From Alphaproteobacteria bacterium (GTDB lineage Bacteria; Pseudomonadota; Alphaproteobacteria; SP197), in NCBI GenBank assembly GCA_964291265.2, contig OZ219747.1:3744001-3808000 (forward strand): DNA of 64,000 bases. Direction: 5' to 3'. This document shows, piece by piece, positions 10,040-20,787 of the stretch; within the stretch, counting starts at the first letter, position 1, and the number at the start of each line of letters is the position of its first letter. The notes beneath the pieces were generated by a model that worked only from the letters and a program-made list of their open reading frames with translations, had not been told where the DNA came from and did not search any database. The position numbers and the translations under genes were made by a program.

Positions 10040-12455
10040 CTGCCGAGTAATGACAATTACGACGTGACGTCAAGGGTCTGAATGTGTTGCAAGGGTTGCC
10101 GCTGTCCGGCCCGGAAGCCGACTTGATGGCCAAGAACGGCGCTGGTCAGGCGGGTCGCGCCGTGCCACATGATCTGGTGTCCGGGCTCGGGATCATGCTT
10201 GCGATCCTGGTACCCGCCGAGATGGGCCACCAGGCGGACGGCATCCCCGAGGCGGTCGGGCGGCGTCATGCGCTTCTCGGCGGCGTAGTCGCGCAGGAAG
10301 CTCAGCTCCTGATCGGTGAACATCAGCTCGGGCTCACAGTCGGGAACCTGCCGTCCGAGCAGTGTCATGACCATGATGCGCCAGGCGATGACGGCGTTGA
10401 TGGCGATGGCCCGCTGCAGTCGTTCTGCGGTCCGGAACAGCAGGAACTCGGTGCGACAGCCTGACTTGAGGACGCGGAAGAAGTCTTCGACCTTCCACCT
10501 CTGGAGGTAGAAGCCAACCATCCTGGCGGCGTCCTCGGCGCTGCGCACCTTGAGCGTGGTGAGCAGGAACCACTGCACCGGGTTCTCGCCCTCGGGAGGA
10601 TCGGTTTCGATGATGTGGACACCGGAAAGGGCGAGCGGCGCCCGGCCTTCGAGGGTGGAGGGCAAGGTCACGCGGCGGAACCGCAGTGCGCACTGAGCCA
10701 CGCGTTTGCGTCGGGCCGCACGCGCCTTCGTTCGGCTCGCCTTCGGACGCTCGCTCAGGCCGTCGACCTCGACGGTGACGCCGCCGTCGGGTGGGCCTGC
10801 GCTCAAGGTTGCAAACAGCTTTGCGCGCCCCTTGCCGAGAACCCGGTCATGTCGGGCTCGGACCAGAAGCCCGACCCGTGGGTTGAGACGTTGATGATCG
10901 AACAGCTCGAAGAAGTCCGCTTCCCGATCACAGACCGAGATCACGCGCGTCGTGCTTGCGATGTCGCGAACCGCTTCGTCGATGTCCTTGAAGCCTTCCA
11001 TCCAGCGTCGGCTCTTCAACCGCTCCTCGGCCGCCGGGGAGCGCTGCTTCACCGCATCGAACCCCAGACGCAGAACCCCGAGCGGCAACCCCGTCTCGCT
11101 CACCGCCAGCGTCGCATGCAGGTGCAGACCCCGGGCCGACGAGGAAGTCTGGTTCTTGCCGATGACCTGAAGACCTTCGCATCCCGGCCGCCGGGAGAAA
11201 TTGAGGTCGCTCCCGTCCTGGATCGCCAGCACGGTCGTTTGACCCTGGATGCGCCGGATCGTGCGCTCCCGATGCGGAGCAAGAATGTTCGCCACCGTCA
11301 CCGCACTCTCCACCGGCTTCTCGATCAGGCGGTAGAAAGCACTGATCGCCGTGTTGTCGGCATCCGTGCTCGCGTGAATCTTGGAACCGGGACAGGAAGC
11401 CAGAAGAGCCGCACTCTTCACCAGGCGTGCCGACAGTCGCTTGTCACCCAAGGGAGCCCCTCCGAATTCGTTCACCGCCCACACCGCAGCATCCAGACCG
11501 TCTCCGGGTCCCAGCGACCCGGAAGGGTCGACCGGACCCACCCCCAGCTTGCGTCGCCAGCGCCGATCCAGACCGCGCATCCAGACCGTCTTGACGGTCT
11601 TGGCAGCGCGATGGTGACGATCCTGACGACCCCGACCCTTCGTCCGCCCCGCACACACGAAGTTCGCAGCCCGCAGGCAGGTCCCGGCATAGCCCTCGTC
11701 CGCATAGGTTTCCACCACCAGGGGACGGAACCCATACCGGGCCTCGAAATCCCTCGGTAGGCGCCGGAGAAGTCGCCCCAGAACATGGCTCGCCAGGTGC
11801 CGGCACCGCACCCGAAGCAGAAACCGGCTCAGACAGACCACCCGCTGGAGATGATCCCGCCGCTGGGACGGCGTCCATGCCATCCAGCGATCGCGGGCCT
11901 CGCCCGTCAACGCCGCCGCCGAGATCCCGACCGCACCCAGGATCCCGTGCTCCGACGTCACAAGATAGCGCACCTGACAGCCGGCAAACGTCGTCATGCC
12001 ATGAGGATGCTCGCGCGCCATCAACGTGTTCCATACCGTTCGCTCCGAAACCTCGGTCACCACCGACAACCGCACCTGCGCAATCCCGGACAGACGGGAC
12101 GGCACCCCGACCGGCAGCGGCACTTCTCCGTCAAGAAGACGCGGAGAGTTGTCCACGGCAGCAGCCTGCGGTGCCGGAAGCCGGATCTCCGGATACGACA
12201 ATGCCAACGTGGTCAGGGCCTTCAGACAACTCGACAGTTGCCAACGCCCGGCCGCGTCCCGGAACGAAAACTCTTCGCATACCCGGCGGCTCGCAGCCCG
12301 ACGGCCAGAGTGCTGCTCCCGCGACAGGATGGCAGCAACGCGAACCCGGGCCCCGTCCTCGCGTAGAGTGTGGAGAATGCTGGATCGTGCCATCATGGCG
12401 GCAAGCTAGCGCAGACCGAGCGGCACGTCCAGACCTAATTTTCATGACATGGCAG
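10040..12455 (-). mobile_element. IS4-family element encoding a DUF4338-fused transposase
   Basis: Imperfect 20-bp IRs (CTGCCGAGTAATGACAATTA / CTGCCATGTCATGAAAATTA); 8-bp TSD GCCTAGCC at 10032-10039 and 12456-12463. Confidence 0.88.
10057..12396 (-). CDS. DUF4338/DruA-like domain fused to IS4 (Tn5-like) transposase, 779 aa
   Basis: N-half RDRWMAW..CLSRFLL..ETYADE..GTCLRAANF..GRTKGRG; C-half LGDKRLSARL, IQDGSDL, CDREAD, YLQRWKVEDFFRVLKSG. Confidence 0.85.
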   Translation of the reverse strand: MMARSSILHTLREDGARVRVAAILSREQHSGRRAASRRVCEEFSFRDAAGRWQLSSCLKALTTLALSYPEIRLPAPQAAAVDNSPRLLDGEVPLPVGVPSRLSGIAQVRLSVVTEVSERTVWNTLMAREHPHGMTTFAGCQVRYLVTSEHGILGAVGISAAALTGEARDRWMAWTPSQRRDHLQRVVCLSRFLLRVRCRHLASHVLGRLLRRLPRDFEARYGFRPLVVETYADEGYAGTCLRAANFVCAGRTKGRGRQDRHHRAAKTVKTVWMRGLDRRWRRKLGVGPVDPSGSLGPGDGLDAAVWAVNEFGGAPLGDKRLSARLVKSAALLASCPGSKIHASTDADNTAISAFYRLIEKPVESAVTVANILAPHRERTIRRIQGQTTVLAIQDGSDLNFSRRPGCEGLQVIGKNQTSSSARGLHLHATLAVSETGLPLGVLRLGFDAVKQRSPAAEERLKSRRWMEGFKDIDEAVRDIASTTRVISVCDREADFFELFDHQRLNPRVGLLVRARHDRVLGKGRAKLFATLSAGPPDGGVTVEVDGLSERPKASRTKARAARRKRVAQCALRFRRVTLPSTLEGRAPLALSGVHIIETDPPEGENPVQWFLLTTLKVRSAEDAARMVGFYLQRWKVEDFFRVLKSGCRTEFLLFRTAERLQRAIAINAVIAWRIMVMTLLGRQVPDCEPELMFTDQELSFLRDYAAEKRMTPPDRLGDAVRLVAHLGGYQDRKHDPEPGHQIMWHGATRLTSAVLGHQVGFRAGQRQPLQHIQTLDVTS

Positions 12456-12463
12456 GCCTAGCC

Positions 12464-13167
12464 TGCCCCTGTTGACTGGTCCAGCGTGAATGTTAGCGCA
12501 TTGAGGGTTTCTCCGCCAGGCTGGGGTCCGGGGGAGCGTAGCGGAGCCGGGCGGCCAGCCTGGCGTGACGATCGTCTCGGGTGCCGACGACTGGTATCCC
12601 AAGCAGCCATGTGGTCGTATGGCGTTGTAGCGGCGTCGCATGCTTCAATTAGGATCCGGGCCTCGTTCAGGCTGTAGAAGATCTCCCCGTCGAGGAGCTC
12701 GTCGCAGAGCCGGGCGTTGAAGCTTGCAGCCGTTCTCCCAGGGTGAGCCCGGATTCGGTGAAGGCGGTGCGGGCGCCGAGTGCAGCGATCCACCGCCTGA
12801 CGGCCTTGGCGACGAACTCCGGTCCGTTGTCGGAGCGGATGTGGCCAAGGACGCGGCGCAGGATGAACAGATCGGTCAGCACGTCGATGACGTCGATCGA
12901 GGGGAGCTTGCGCCGAACCCGGATCGCCAGGCTCTCACGGGTGAACTCGTCCAGGACGTTGGGCATGCGCAAGGCCCGGCCATCATATGTCCGGTGATGG
13001 ACGAAGTCACAGGACCGGACGTGGTCCGCCCGCGCGCAGCCGGATACAGGCTATTGTCGGCGATACACTCGAATACCTTCGTGGGTCCGCTCGCGCGCAG
13101 CCGGATACAGGAGCCGTCGTTCAGCCACGGACGGCCCCGCTTCTGTTGTCTGCCGCGCACCTTTAGC
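12464..13167 (-). pseudogene. IS3-family transposase 3' part (degenerate)
   Basis: VLDEFTRESLAI..HIRSDNGPEF..SPWENG..SFNARLCDELLDGEIF with frameshifts; continues at 15505. Confidence 0.8.
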
Positions 13168-13253
13168 CCGAAGTTCCAGCACCGTTCAGACGTATCATCA
13201 TGAATGTATTGACGTTTGATGGAATCGAGTGTGGCGCTACTGGGAACGCTAGA

Positions 13254-15203
13254 CCGAAGTTCCGGACGATTTCAGCGGCAGAGTCACGATAACCGGTTGA
13301 TTGTGTTGGCAAAATAGCGCGATGACGGCGCGAGAATGTTCCCATGTGGCGGCGAAGTTTTCCCTTGACACGGTGGGCTTACGCCCCCATATACGTTGCC
13401 ATGTACGTAGACATCGTCCCCAACCGTAACTCACCCCCCGCCGTCCTCCTGCGAGAGGGATGGCGCGAGAACGGCAAGGTCAAGAAGCGCACCATCGCCA
13501 ATCTCTCCTCCTGGCCCATGGAAAAGGTCGAGACCCTGCGGCGGTTCTTGAAGAACGAACCCCTCGTCGGTCGTGACGACGCCTTCGACATCGTCCGCTC
13601 CCTACCCCATGGGCATGTCGCCGCGGTGCTGGGAACCCTGAAGAAGCTGGGACTGGACAGGCTGATCGACCCGAAGCCCTCGCCTGAGCGCGATCAGGTC
13701 CTGGCCATGATCGTGGCACGCATCCTCGAGCCCGCCTCGAAGCTGGCCACGGCCAGGGGGCTGGCCGAGGCCACGGCGGTCAGCACCCTGGGCGAGGTCC
13801 TCGATGCGGAGATGGACGAGGACGCCCTCTACGGCGCCATGGACTGGCTCCTGGAGCGTCAGGAGAGGATCGAGCGGTCCCTGGCGAAGCGGCGCCTCGA
13901 AGAGGGCTGCCTGGTGCTCTATGACCTGACCTCGGTATGGATGGAGGGGAGAGCGTGTCCCCTGGCAAGGAGGGGTCATTCCCGGGATGGCAAGAAGGGC
14001 AAGCTGCAGATCGAGTTCGGCCTTCTGTGCGATCGGGACGGCTGTCCAGTGTCGGTGGAAGTGTTCCCCGGCAACACGGCGGACCCCGGGACGGTTGCCT
14101 CACAGATCACCACGCTGCAGGAGCGCTTCTCCCTGGCGAAGGTGGTGCTGGTGGGAGACCGGGGGATGCTGACCGAGGCGCGCATACGCGAGGAGGTGAA
14201 GCCTGCGGGCCTGGACTGGATCAGCGCCTTGAGGGGACCGGCCATCCGCGCCCTTGTGGAGGCCGGCGACGTCGAGATGTCGCTCTTCGACGAGAGGGAC
14301 CTGGTGGAGATCACCAGCGATGCGTATCCCGGCGAACGCCTCATGGTCTGCCGCAACCCCCTGCTGGCCGAGGACCGGGCCCGCAAGCGCCAGGAACTGC
14401 TCGAGGCCACCGAGGCCCTGCTTGAACCGATCGCCGCAGCGACACGGCGCGACAAGCGCCGTCTCAAGGGTGCCGACAAGATCGGGGAGCGGGTCGGCAA
14501 GGTCATCGGTAAATACAAGATGGCGAAGCACTTCACGTGGTCCATCGACGACGAGGGTGTCTTCACCTATGGGCGCGATGAGGCTGCCATCGCCGCCGAG
14601 GCCAGGCTCGACGGCCTCTACGTGATCCGCACCAGCCTGCCGCAGAGCGAGCTCGACGGTCCCGGCACAGTGCGCGCCTACAAGCGGTTGAGTTCGGTGG
14701 AACGGGCCTTCCGCAGCCTGAAGACCGTGGATCTGAAGGTCCGTCCCGTCTGCCACCGCACCGAACCCCGGGTCCGCGCCCATGTCTTCCTGTGCATGCT
14801 CGCCTACTACGTGGAATGGCACATGCGCCAGAAACTGAAGCCCATGCTGTTCGACGACGAGGATGCCGAAGGCGCCGAGGCCCGGCGGCCGTCCGTCGTG
14901 GCGCCGGCAGAAGTCTCGGCGAGCGCCCGGGCCAAGGCGGCAACGAAGAGGACGCCCGGGGGTGATCCGGTGCACAGTTTCCGCACCCTCCTCGATGATC
15001 TCGCGACCATCACCCGCAACACCGTGGCGCCCCGCCTTGCGGGCGCCAAACCCTTCCAGGTCACCACGCGGCCCACGCCGCTCCGGAAAAAGGCCCTGGA
15101 CTACCTCGGCATACGCCTGCAGCGTTCCCAGTAGCGACACACCCGATTTTTTCAAACGTCAATACATTCATAACGATACGTCTGATCGGTTCTGGAACTT
15201 CGG
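13254..15203 (+). mobile_element. IS1634-family insertion sequence (complete)
   Basis: IR CCGAAGTTCC at 13254 and its inverse ending at 15203; 6-bp TSD GCTAGA (13248-13253, 15204-15209). Confidence 0.9.
13401..15134 (+). CDS. IS1634-family DDE transposase
   Basis: MYVDIVPNRNSPPAVLLREGWRE..LYDLTSVW..GHSRDGK..VGDRGM..VERAFRSLK..RPVCHR..RVRAHVFLCMLAYY. Confidence 0.9.
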   Translation: MYVDIVPNRNSPPAVLLREGWRENGKVKKRTIANLSSWPMEKVETLRRFLKNEPLVGRDDAFDIVRSLPHGHVAAVLGTLKKLGLDRLIDPKPSPERDQVLAMIVARILEPASKLATARGLAEATAVSTLGEVLDAEMDEDALYGAMDWLLERQERIERSLAKRRLEEGCLVLYDLTSVWMEGRACPLARRGHSRDGKKGKLQIEFGLLCDRDGCPVSVEVFPGNTADPGTVASQITTLQERFSLAKVVLVGDRGMLTEARIREEVKPAGLDWISALRGPAIRALVEAGDVEMSLFDERDLVEITSDAYPGERLMVCRNPLLAEDRARKRQELLEATEALLEPIAAATRRDKRRLKGADKIGERVGKVIGKYKMAKHFTWSIDDEGVFTYGRDEAAIAAEARLDGLYVIRTSLPQSELDGPGTVRAYKRLSSVERAFRSLKTVDLKVRPVCHRTEPRVRAHVFLCMLAYYVEWHMRQKLKPMLFDDEDAEGAEARRPSVVAPAEVSASARAKAATKRTPGGDPVHSFRTLLDDLATITRNTVAPRLAGAKPFQVTTRPTPLRKKALDYLGIRLQRSQ

Positions 15204-15504
15204 GCTAGAGGCGCACGCCGAGGTGGTTCAGGGCCCTTTTTATGGAGCGGCGTGGGCCGCGTGGTGACCTGGAAGGGCCGCAGGGTTTCGACGTTCTCCA
15301 TGGGCCAGGAGGAGAGACTGGTGGCGGGGGGCTCATGCGGTTGGGGACGATGTCCAAGTACATGGGGGCAAAAGCCGCCTGTGTCAACAGGGTGTTTCAC
15401 CGTTACATGGGAACTTCTGCATGTTGTCTCTGTACGCTTTTACCAGTAAGATCAACTAGTTGATGTGGTTATAGCGCTGAAATCGTCCGGAACTTCGGTT
15501 TAGC

Positions 15505-15870
15505 CCCTCGCGCCGCCACAGGCGCTCGACCCGTTTGTCGTTGGCCTGCCAGCCGGCATCGCGAAGCAAGGTCGCGATCCGTCGATAGCCGTAACGGCCA
15601 TACTGGCGGGCCAACTCGATCATGGCGCCGACCGGCGGTCCTCGTCGCCACGACCGCACGGGATGCGGTGCCGGGTCGAGCGGTGCTGCCCAAATACCTG
15701 GCAGGCCCGGCGCTCCGAGACCCCGAGCCGATCGCAGACATGGTCGATGCACTGGCGGCGGCGCGAGGGGGCCTGGAAGTATCCCCGCGCGTTCGCGCAT
15801 TCACTCGAACCAATGGCGTGCATGCGCTCACCCTTGAGGATCTGCTTGTCCAGCGTCAGGTGCGAGGGCA
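15505..15870 (-). pseudogene. IS3-family transposase 5' part
   Basis: LTLDKQILK; RRRQCIDHVCDRLGVSERRACQVFGQHRST; ARQYGRYGYRRI..NDKRVERLWRREGL. Confidence 0.8.
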
Positions 15871-17035
15871 TATTCCCCGCTCAGTTCAAGATCAGCACCA
15901 ACGGTGCGAGATGGCGCGAATCCGACGTCAACCGCCGGGTTGCCGATCCGATCAGGTGGAAGCCGAAAGGCGAAACCGATGTAAGCGTTCGGCCGTTCGG
16001 TGATGGCTGATTTTGGTTGGTTTGGGTCTTGCTGACTATCGTCTGAGAAAGAGCTGGTAAACTCGTTTGGTCTCGATTATGGTCGAGGCCATGAAGACTT
16101 TTGCCGAGACGCGCGGAGCGACACAGCAGCTGACGGGAGGTGGTGACGGCCTATGTCGGGCGTCAGTGGCCTTGTCATGCGAGGCGCCTGACTGGCGTGC
16201 GCTCTATGAGGCGGAGCGGGTTCGTGCGGATGCGGCGGAAGCGCGTATGCGTGACCTGCGCCGTGCGAAGAATTCTGCCCGTGCCCGTGCGGGCACATTC
16301 AAGTTTCATCTCGACCGCACTCGTGATCAGCTCAAGGAGGCTCGCCGGGAGGTGAAGCGTGGACAGGTCCGAGCGGAGGCGCTGGAGCAGGAAAGGGACG
16401 CTCTGAAGCTCAAGAACGCTGAACAGGCGAGCGAGCTGAGGAATCTCCGCGGGACGCGTGCCAAGCACGCGACGGCGCGCTTCGGGTCGAAGAGCGAGAA
16501 ACGGAAGAAGAAGGAAGGCACCGGGAACAAGCGGGGTCAGCAACCCGGCAAGAGCGGCCACGGGCGCACTCCGCGTCCGAAGCTCAAGGAGAAGCACGAA
16601 CGCCATGATCCACCGGCATCGCAGCGCACGTGCCCGTGTTGCGGCGAGCCCTATGTGGCCAACGGCAGCCACGAGACCTCGATCATGGAGGTCCATGTCA
16701 AGGCTCATATCCGGCGGATTGAACGTGGGCGTTGGCGCCGTGGTTGTCAGTGTTCGTCGGCGCCTGCGGAGATCATCGCGCCGCCACCTTTGCGCTTGCT
16801 TGCGAATACCCCCTTCGGCATCAGTGTCTGGGAATGCGTGCTCTATGAGCGCTTCGCCTGCTTGCGTCCCCTGCGCCGGGTCTCGCGATGGCTGGAAGAC
16901 CAGGGACTGCCGATGGCGCCGGGAACGATCGCTGGCGGCATGAAGAAGATGACGCCGATGTTCGCGCCTCTCGCTCAGGCCATCCTCGATCATCAGAACC
17001 GGCTGACGGTGCGCCACGGCGACGAGACCAGCTGG

Positions 17036-18954
17036 GTCGCGGTAGGGATGCGCATTGCTGCGCACCCCCCGCACAGATCCGGACATGGACGTTAATCCAT
17101 CCGGCTCCTACCTCGGGTGCTTGACGGTAAACCGCTGGTCCGGCCATGGGTGGCGGATGGAGACGCGCGGCCAAAGAAGCTCGGTCATGCGCTCCAATCG
17201 CTTCCAGTCAAAGCAGTGGCGCTGGGAGCGGCGGCGGATCGCTCGCAGCCATAGGCGTTGCAGCCTTTGGCGGAACGTGCGCAGCCATCGGGTCGACCCC
17301 GGAACGGCGAAGTAGTTGGACCAGCCATTGACAACTCGCCCAAGCCACATGCCGACCTCCCATATGTCGTGATGCCGTCGATTGCGAAGCACCTCCTCGA
17401 TGCGCGCCAGGGTCCTTGCGACCCGTTTTGCGACCGGCTTGCGACCAAGCCTGAAGCGTCCTCTCCGGGTCTCCGTGCAGAAGTGCGTGAAGCCCAGGAA
17501 GTCGAACGTCTCCGGCCTGCCCGCCCCGCGAGATCGCCGGTTCGCCTTGGCAAACCGTCCAAACTCAACGAGACGGGTCTTGTCCGGGTGAAGGGTGAGA
17601 CCAAAGCGGTCCAGCCTCTCCCGAACGTCGCGAAGGTATGTCTCCGCATCCCGCTTATGCTGGAACCCGACCACAATATCGTCCGCGTAGCGGACAATGA
17701 TCGCTTTACCGTTCGGAACCTTCGGACGCCATGCCTTGTGAAACCACAGATCGAGCACGTAGTGCAGAAACACGTTCGCCAGGCAGGGGCTGACAATGGC
17801 GCCCTGAGGCGTGCCCGCACCGGTGTCGCTCCATGATCCGTCGGTCATGACGCCAGCGTTCAGCCACTTGCGGATCAGACGGATCACCCGCCTGTCGCCA
17901 ATGCGATGCTCCAGGAACTTGATCAACCAATCCCTCGGGATTGTGTCGAAGTACCCCTGAATGTCCGCGTCGACTATCCAGTTGACCTTGCGCCGCTCGA
18001 TCCCGAACGCCAGGGCGTCGAGAGCGTCATGCGCCCCTCGGCCCGGTCGGAACCCGTAGCTGAAGCCAAGGAACTCCACCTCATAAATCGGTGTCAGGAT
18101 CACATCCACAACCGCCTTCTGGACGATCTTGTCCTCCAGTGCGGCAATCCCGAGCGGTCGTGTCCCGCCGTCCGGCTTGGGTATCTCAACCCGCCGAACC
18201 GGCGGCGCCCGGTACGCTCCCCCACGATGCAGGCGCGAGTGCAGATCAAGCAAGCGCTCGTCCAGACCCTCGCCATACGCCGCCCACGTCACGCCGTCGA
18301 CACCTGCCGAGGCTTCCTTCTTCAAACCGAAGTAGGCCGCCCGGAGCGCGTCCGGCGTAATGTGATGGAAGAGTGCAGTGAGACGCTCCTTCGGGTTCCT
18401 CTCTGCAGCTTCCCGTATCCGGTCCGCCGCCTGTGGCACACTTGCCCGACACTGCGTTCGGTGCGTGCTTTGGCGTCCCGGATTCCCCTTGGTTGAGGCC
18501 CTTTCCTCCAGCGACTCCGCAGAAGCTGACGCTCCCTTGTTCGCCGCCTTCACCGGTCTTACGGCCCCATCCGACTTCTTCAAACCGTTCCTCATAGGCT
18601 TCGGCTTTCTCCTTTCCCTACACGGTCCCGCCACGACAGGCGGGATAGTTCGAAGACCTCCCAGGGTCCCAACAGAAGGCGTGCGGACGTGCATGGGTTC
18701 TCCGACACCGCGGGGCTCGCCGACATCTCACCAAATCGATGCCTGCGATGTTGCCTTCGACCGATGCGAAAGCCTCGGCACCCCGAACAACGGACTTTTC
18801 GGTGCTCATTAGCCCTGCCCATCCGTACCGCTACCGACGCTTCGCCTGCCCCCTCGCGGGAACCGACGCACGGCTCGCGGAGAAACGTGGTTTGGTTACT
18901 CCTTCGTTTCAGGGGACTTTCACCCCCTACCTTCCGCCAGTTCGCCTGGCACAC
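17036..18954 (-). mobile_element. RT-encoding group II intron (class E-like)
   Basis: 5' end GTGTGCC at 18954; 3' end CCCTACCGCGAC at 17036; DV GAGCCGGATGGATTAACGTCCATGTCCGGATC; EBS1/EBS2-like sites match exon GATGCG and GGACT. Confidence 0.92.
17108..18595 (-). CDS. ltrA: group II intron reverse transcriptase/maturase without endonuclease domain
   Basis: GVDG, IPKPDGGTRPLGI, FSYGFRPGR, DADIQGYFD, GTPQG, RYADD, FDFLGF, domain X; start ATG at 18595 chosen by family resemblance. Confidence 0.93.
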   Translation of the reverse strand: MRNGLKKSDGAVRPVKAANKGASASAESLEERASTKGNPGRQSTHRTQCRASVPQAADRIREAAERNPKERLTALFHHITPDALRAAYFGLKKEASAGVDGVTWAAYGEGLDERLLDLHSRLHRGGAYRAPPVRRVEIPKPDGGTRPLGIAALEDKIVQKAVVDVILTPIYEVEFLGFSYGFRPGRGAHDALDALAFGIERRKVNWIVDADIQGYFDTIPRDWLIKFLEHRIGDRRVIRLIRKWLNAGVMTDGSWSDTGAGTPQGAIVSPCLANVFLHYVLDLWFHKAWRPKVPNGKAIIVRYADDIVVGFQHKRDAETYLRDVRERLDRFGLTLHPDKTRLVEFGRFAKANRRSRGAGRPETFDFLGFTHFCTETRRGRFRLGRKPVAKRVARTLARIEEVLRNRRHHDIWEVGMWLGRVVNGWSNYFAVPGSTRWLRTFRQRLQRLWLRAIRRRSQRHCFDWKRLERMTELLWPRVSIRHPWPDQRFTVKHPR

Positions 18955-19778
18955 CGCATCCAGTCCCTCAAGGCCTCGGGGCGCTCGCAGAAGGCCTGGC
19001 TGTGGACCGCGGTCAGCGCCGACTCCGTCTTCTTCCTTATCGACCCGTCACGCAGCACCCGGGTGGCCATGGTGCTGTTCGCCTCCACCGAAGGCACCGT
19101 CTTCCTTGTCTGCGATCGCTACGCGGTCTACAGGAAACTGGAGCGTGAGCTTGATGGCAAGGTGATCCTCTGCCTTTGCTGGGCGCACTCCAGGCGCGAT
19201 GTGATCGAGGCTGCGGCAGGCCAAGAGGGGCTGGAAGAGTGGTGCGACAAGTGGCTCGACAGGATCGCGCTGATCTACACACTGAATGGGCAACGGCTGA
19301 AGCACTACGATCCCGCACGCAAGCGTCAGTCAGCGAGGTTCAATGCCCTGCAGAAGGACCTTCGTGCGGCTGTCGAGGCGCTGTTCAGGCAGGCTCAGGA
19401 GGAACTCGACGCCTTGCCCGAGGGTGCACGCGAAGCGAAGCCCTTGCGTTCCCTGATCCGTCACCGCGAGGGACTGTGCGTCTTTGTCGACCATCCCCAG
19501 GTGCCCATGGACAACAACTTTGCCGAGAGAACCCTCCGGGGTGCGGTGACCGCGAGAAAGCTGAGCTTCGGCTCCGACAGCGAGGAAGGCGCCGCCTTCA
19601 CCGCCATCATGTACTCGGTCATCGGCACCCTTGCCATGAACAACATCAATGTTCGGCGCTGGCTTCATGAGTGGCTTGAGGCCTGCGCGCAGAACGGCGG
19701 CAAGCCGCCGGATGACCTCGACCCGTGGCTGCCATGGTCGATGACCCCGGAGCGTCGAAGGGACCTCATGGAACCGGG

Positions 19779-20126
19779 GTGATCGAGTGCCGTTACGACG
19801 GCCGTGACTTCACCGCGCACGAGATGGAGCTGTTGCGCTCCCTGATCACCCAGCACCCCACCCGTGCGGCCATCGCCCGCGCCTTCTGCCGCAAGACCGG
19901 CTGGTACAAGCCCGACGGCGGCCTCAAGAACATGATGGCGAGTGTCACCTTCCTGGCCATGCACCGCGCTACACAGGCGCCGTCTACAAGGCGTCGGGTT
20001 GGATCCATGTCGGCACCACCAAGGGGCGCGGACGCTACGATACGCACAGGAAACTCGACAAACCAAAAAAAGGACATCTGGCTGAGGCCTCTCCGCAAAG
20101 ACTGGAAACTCATCCTCAACCGGTGA
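19779..20126 (+). pseudogene. DUF4338/DruA-like accessory gene, internally deleted
   Basis: GTG overlaps the tnpC stop; N-terminal RYDGRDFT..ELLRSLI..TRAAIARAFCRKTGWYKPDGGLK and C-terminal KDIWLRPLRKDWK are retained, the middle is missing. Confidence 0.65.
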
Positions 20127-20532
20127 ATATCACCAACAATCACTGCGCGACCGAACGCTTACAAACCGATTGAGCGTGGAAGGCTGATGTTGTAGGTGAT
20201 GTAGGTGACGGTCCCGCGCGTGACCTTGCCGATGACGGTAGCTTGGAGAAAACCCCTCGCTCCCGGCGTGCCACAAGACCGCCCACGGCACCGGAGCAGC
20301 TTGGGCGCTGTGGCCATTTCCCGACGGGCTACCCAAGCACGATCTCACCAACTGGACCGCCATTGATGACTGGCCCGATCCCGTGCCGTTTGCGGAGGCC
20401 GAGATCGATGGTGTTCGAGCGATGGTTTGGCGACCTGTTCGATGAACTGTTCGACTCGGATTTCTGAGTGTCTCTGTGCCGGGGCCGGAGTCAGGCTTGC
20501 AAATGGTACCACAAATTGATACTGGACACTCC

Positions 20533-20787
20533 ATGAGAAAGCGCCATAGAGCCACGCTGGAACTGATCTTTGTCCGCCCGGTCAGCGGCTCAATCCGCTG
20601 GACCGACATCGAGGCGCTGTTTGCCGCTCTCGGGGCAGAAATCAGCGAACGGGAAGGTTCGCGAATAGGCGTGTTCCTGTTTGGCGAAGTGCGCGTCTTT
20701 CACCGTCCGCATCCGTCACCGGATACGGACAAGGGCGCGGTTGCCAGTATTCGCAAGTGGCTGGAAGAACACGGAGTGAAGCCATGA
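20533..20787 (+). CDS. hicA: HicA-family toxin
   Basis: KRHRATLELIF..IRWTDIEALF..EREGSR..FHRPHPSPDTDKGAV. Confidence 0.9.
   Translation: MRKRHRATLELIFVRPVSGSIRWTDIEALFAALGAEISEREGSRIGVFLFGEVRVFHRPHPSPDTDKGAVASIRKWLEEHGVKP

Larger units (their letters stand above)
13168..15498 (-). mobile_element. IS1634-derived MITE of about 0.38 kb (segments 13168-13253 and 15204-15498)
   Basis: Ends CCGAAGTTCC..GGAACTTCGG with 6-bp TSD TTTAGC (13162-13167, 15499-15504); interior joins transposase N-terminal (MYLDIVPNR, SSWPMENVETLR) and C-terminal (PFQVTTRPTPL) remnants. Confidence 0.8.
16079..19782 (+). pseudogene. IS66 TnpC-like transposase split by an antisense group II intron (exons about 16079-17035 and 18955-19782)
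   Basis: Coiled coil, FGSKSEK, CPCCG zinc finger; RHGDETSW|RIQ joins in frame across the intron; VCDRY, CWAHSRR, DNNFAERTLR. Confidence 0.88.
15981..20162 (+). mobile_element. IS66-family element (no tnpA/tnpB) carrying a group II intron and a DUF4338 remnant
   Basis: IRs GTAAGCGTTCGG (15981) and CCGAACGCTTAC (ends 20162); 8-bp TSD AAACCGAT. Confidence 0.9.

Noticed and set aside
20330-20467. Small frameshifted fragment DDWPDPVP..VFERWFGDLFDELF
   Set aside because: Resembles a small mobile-element hypothetical protein but is too short to assign
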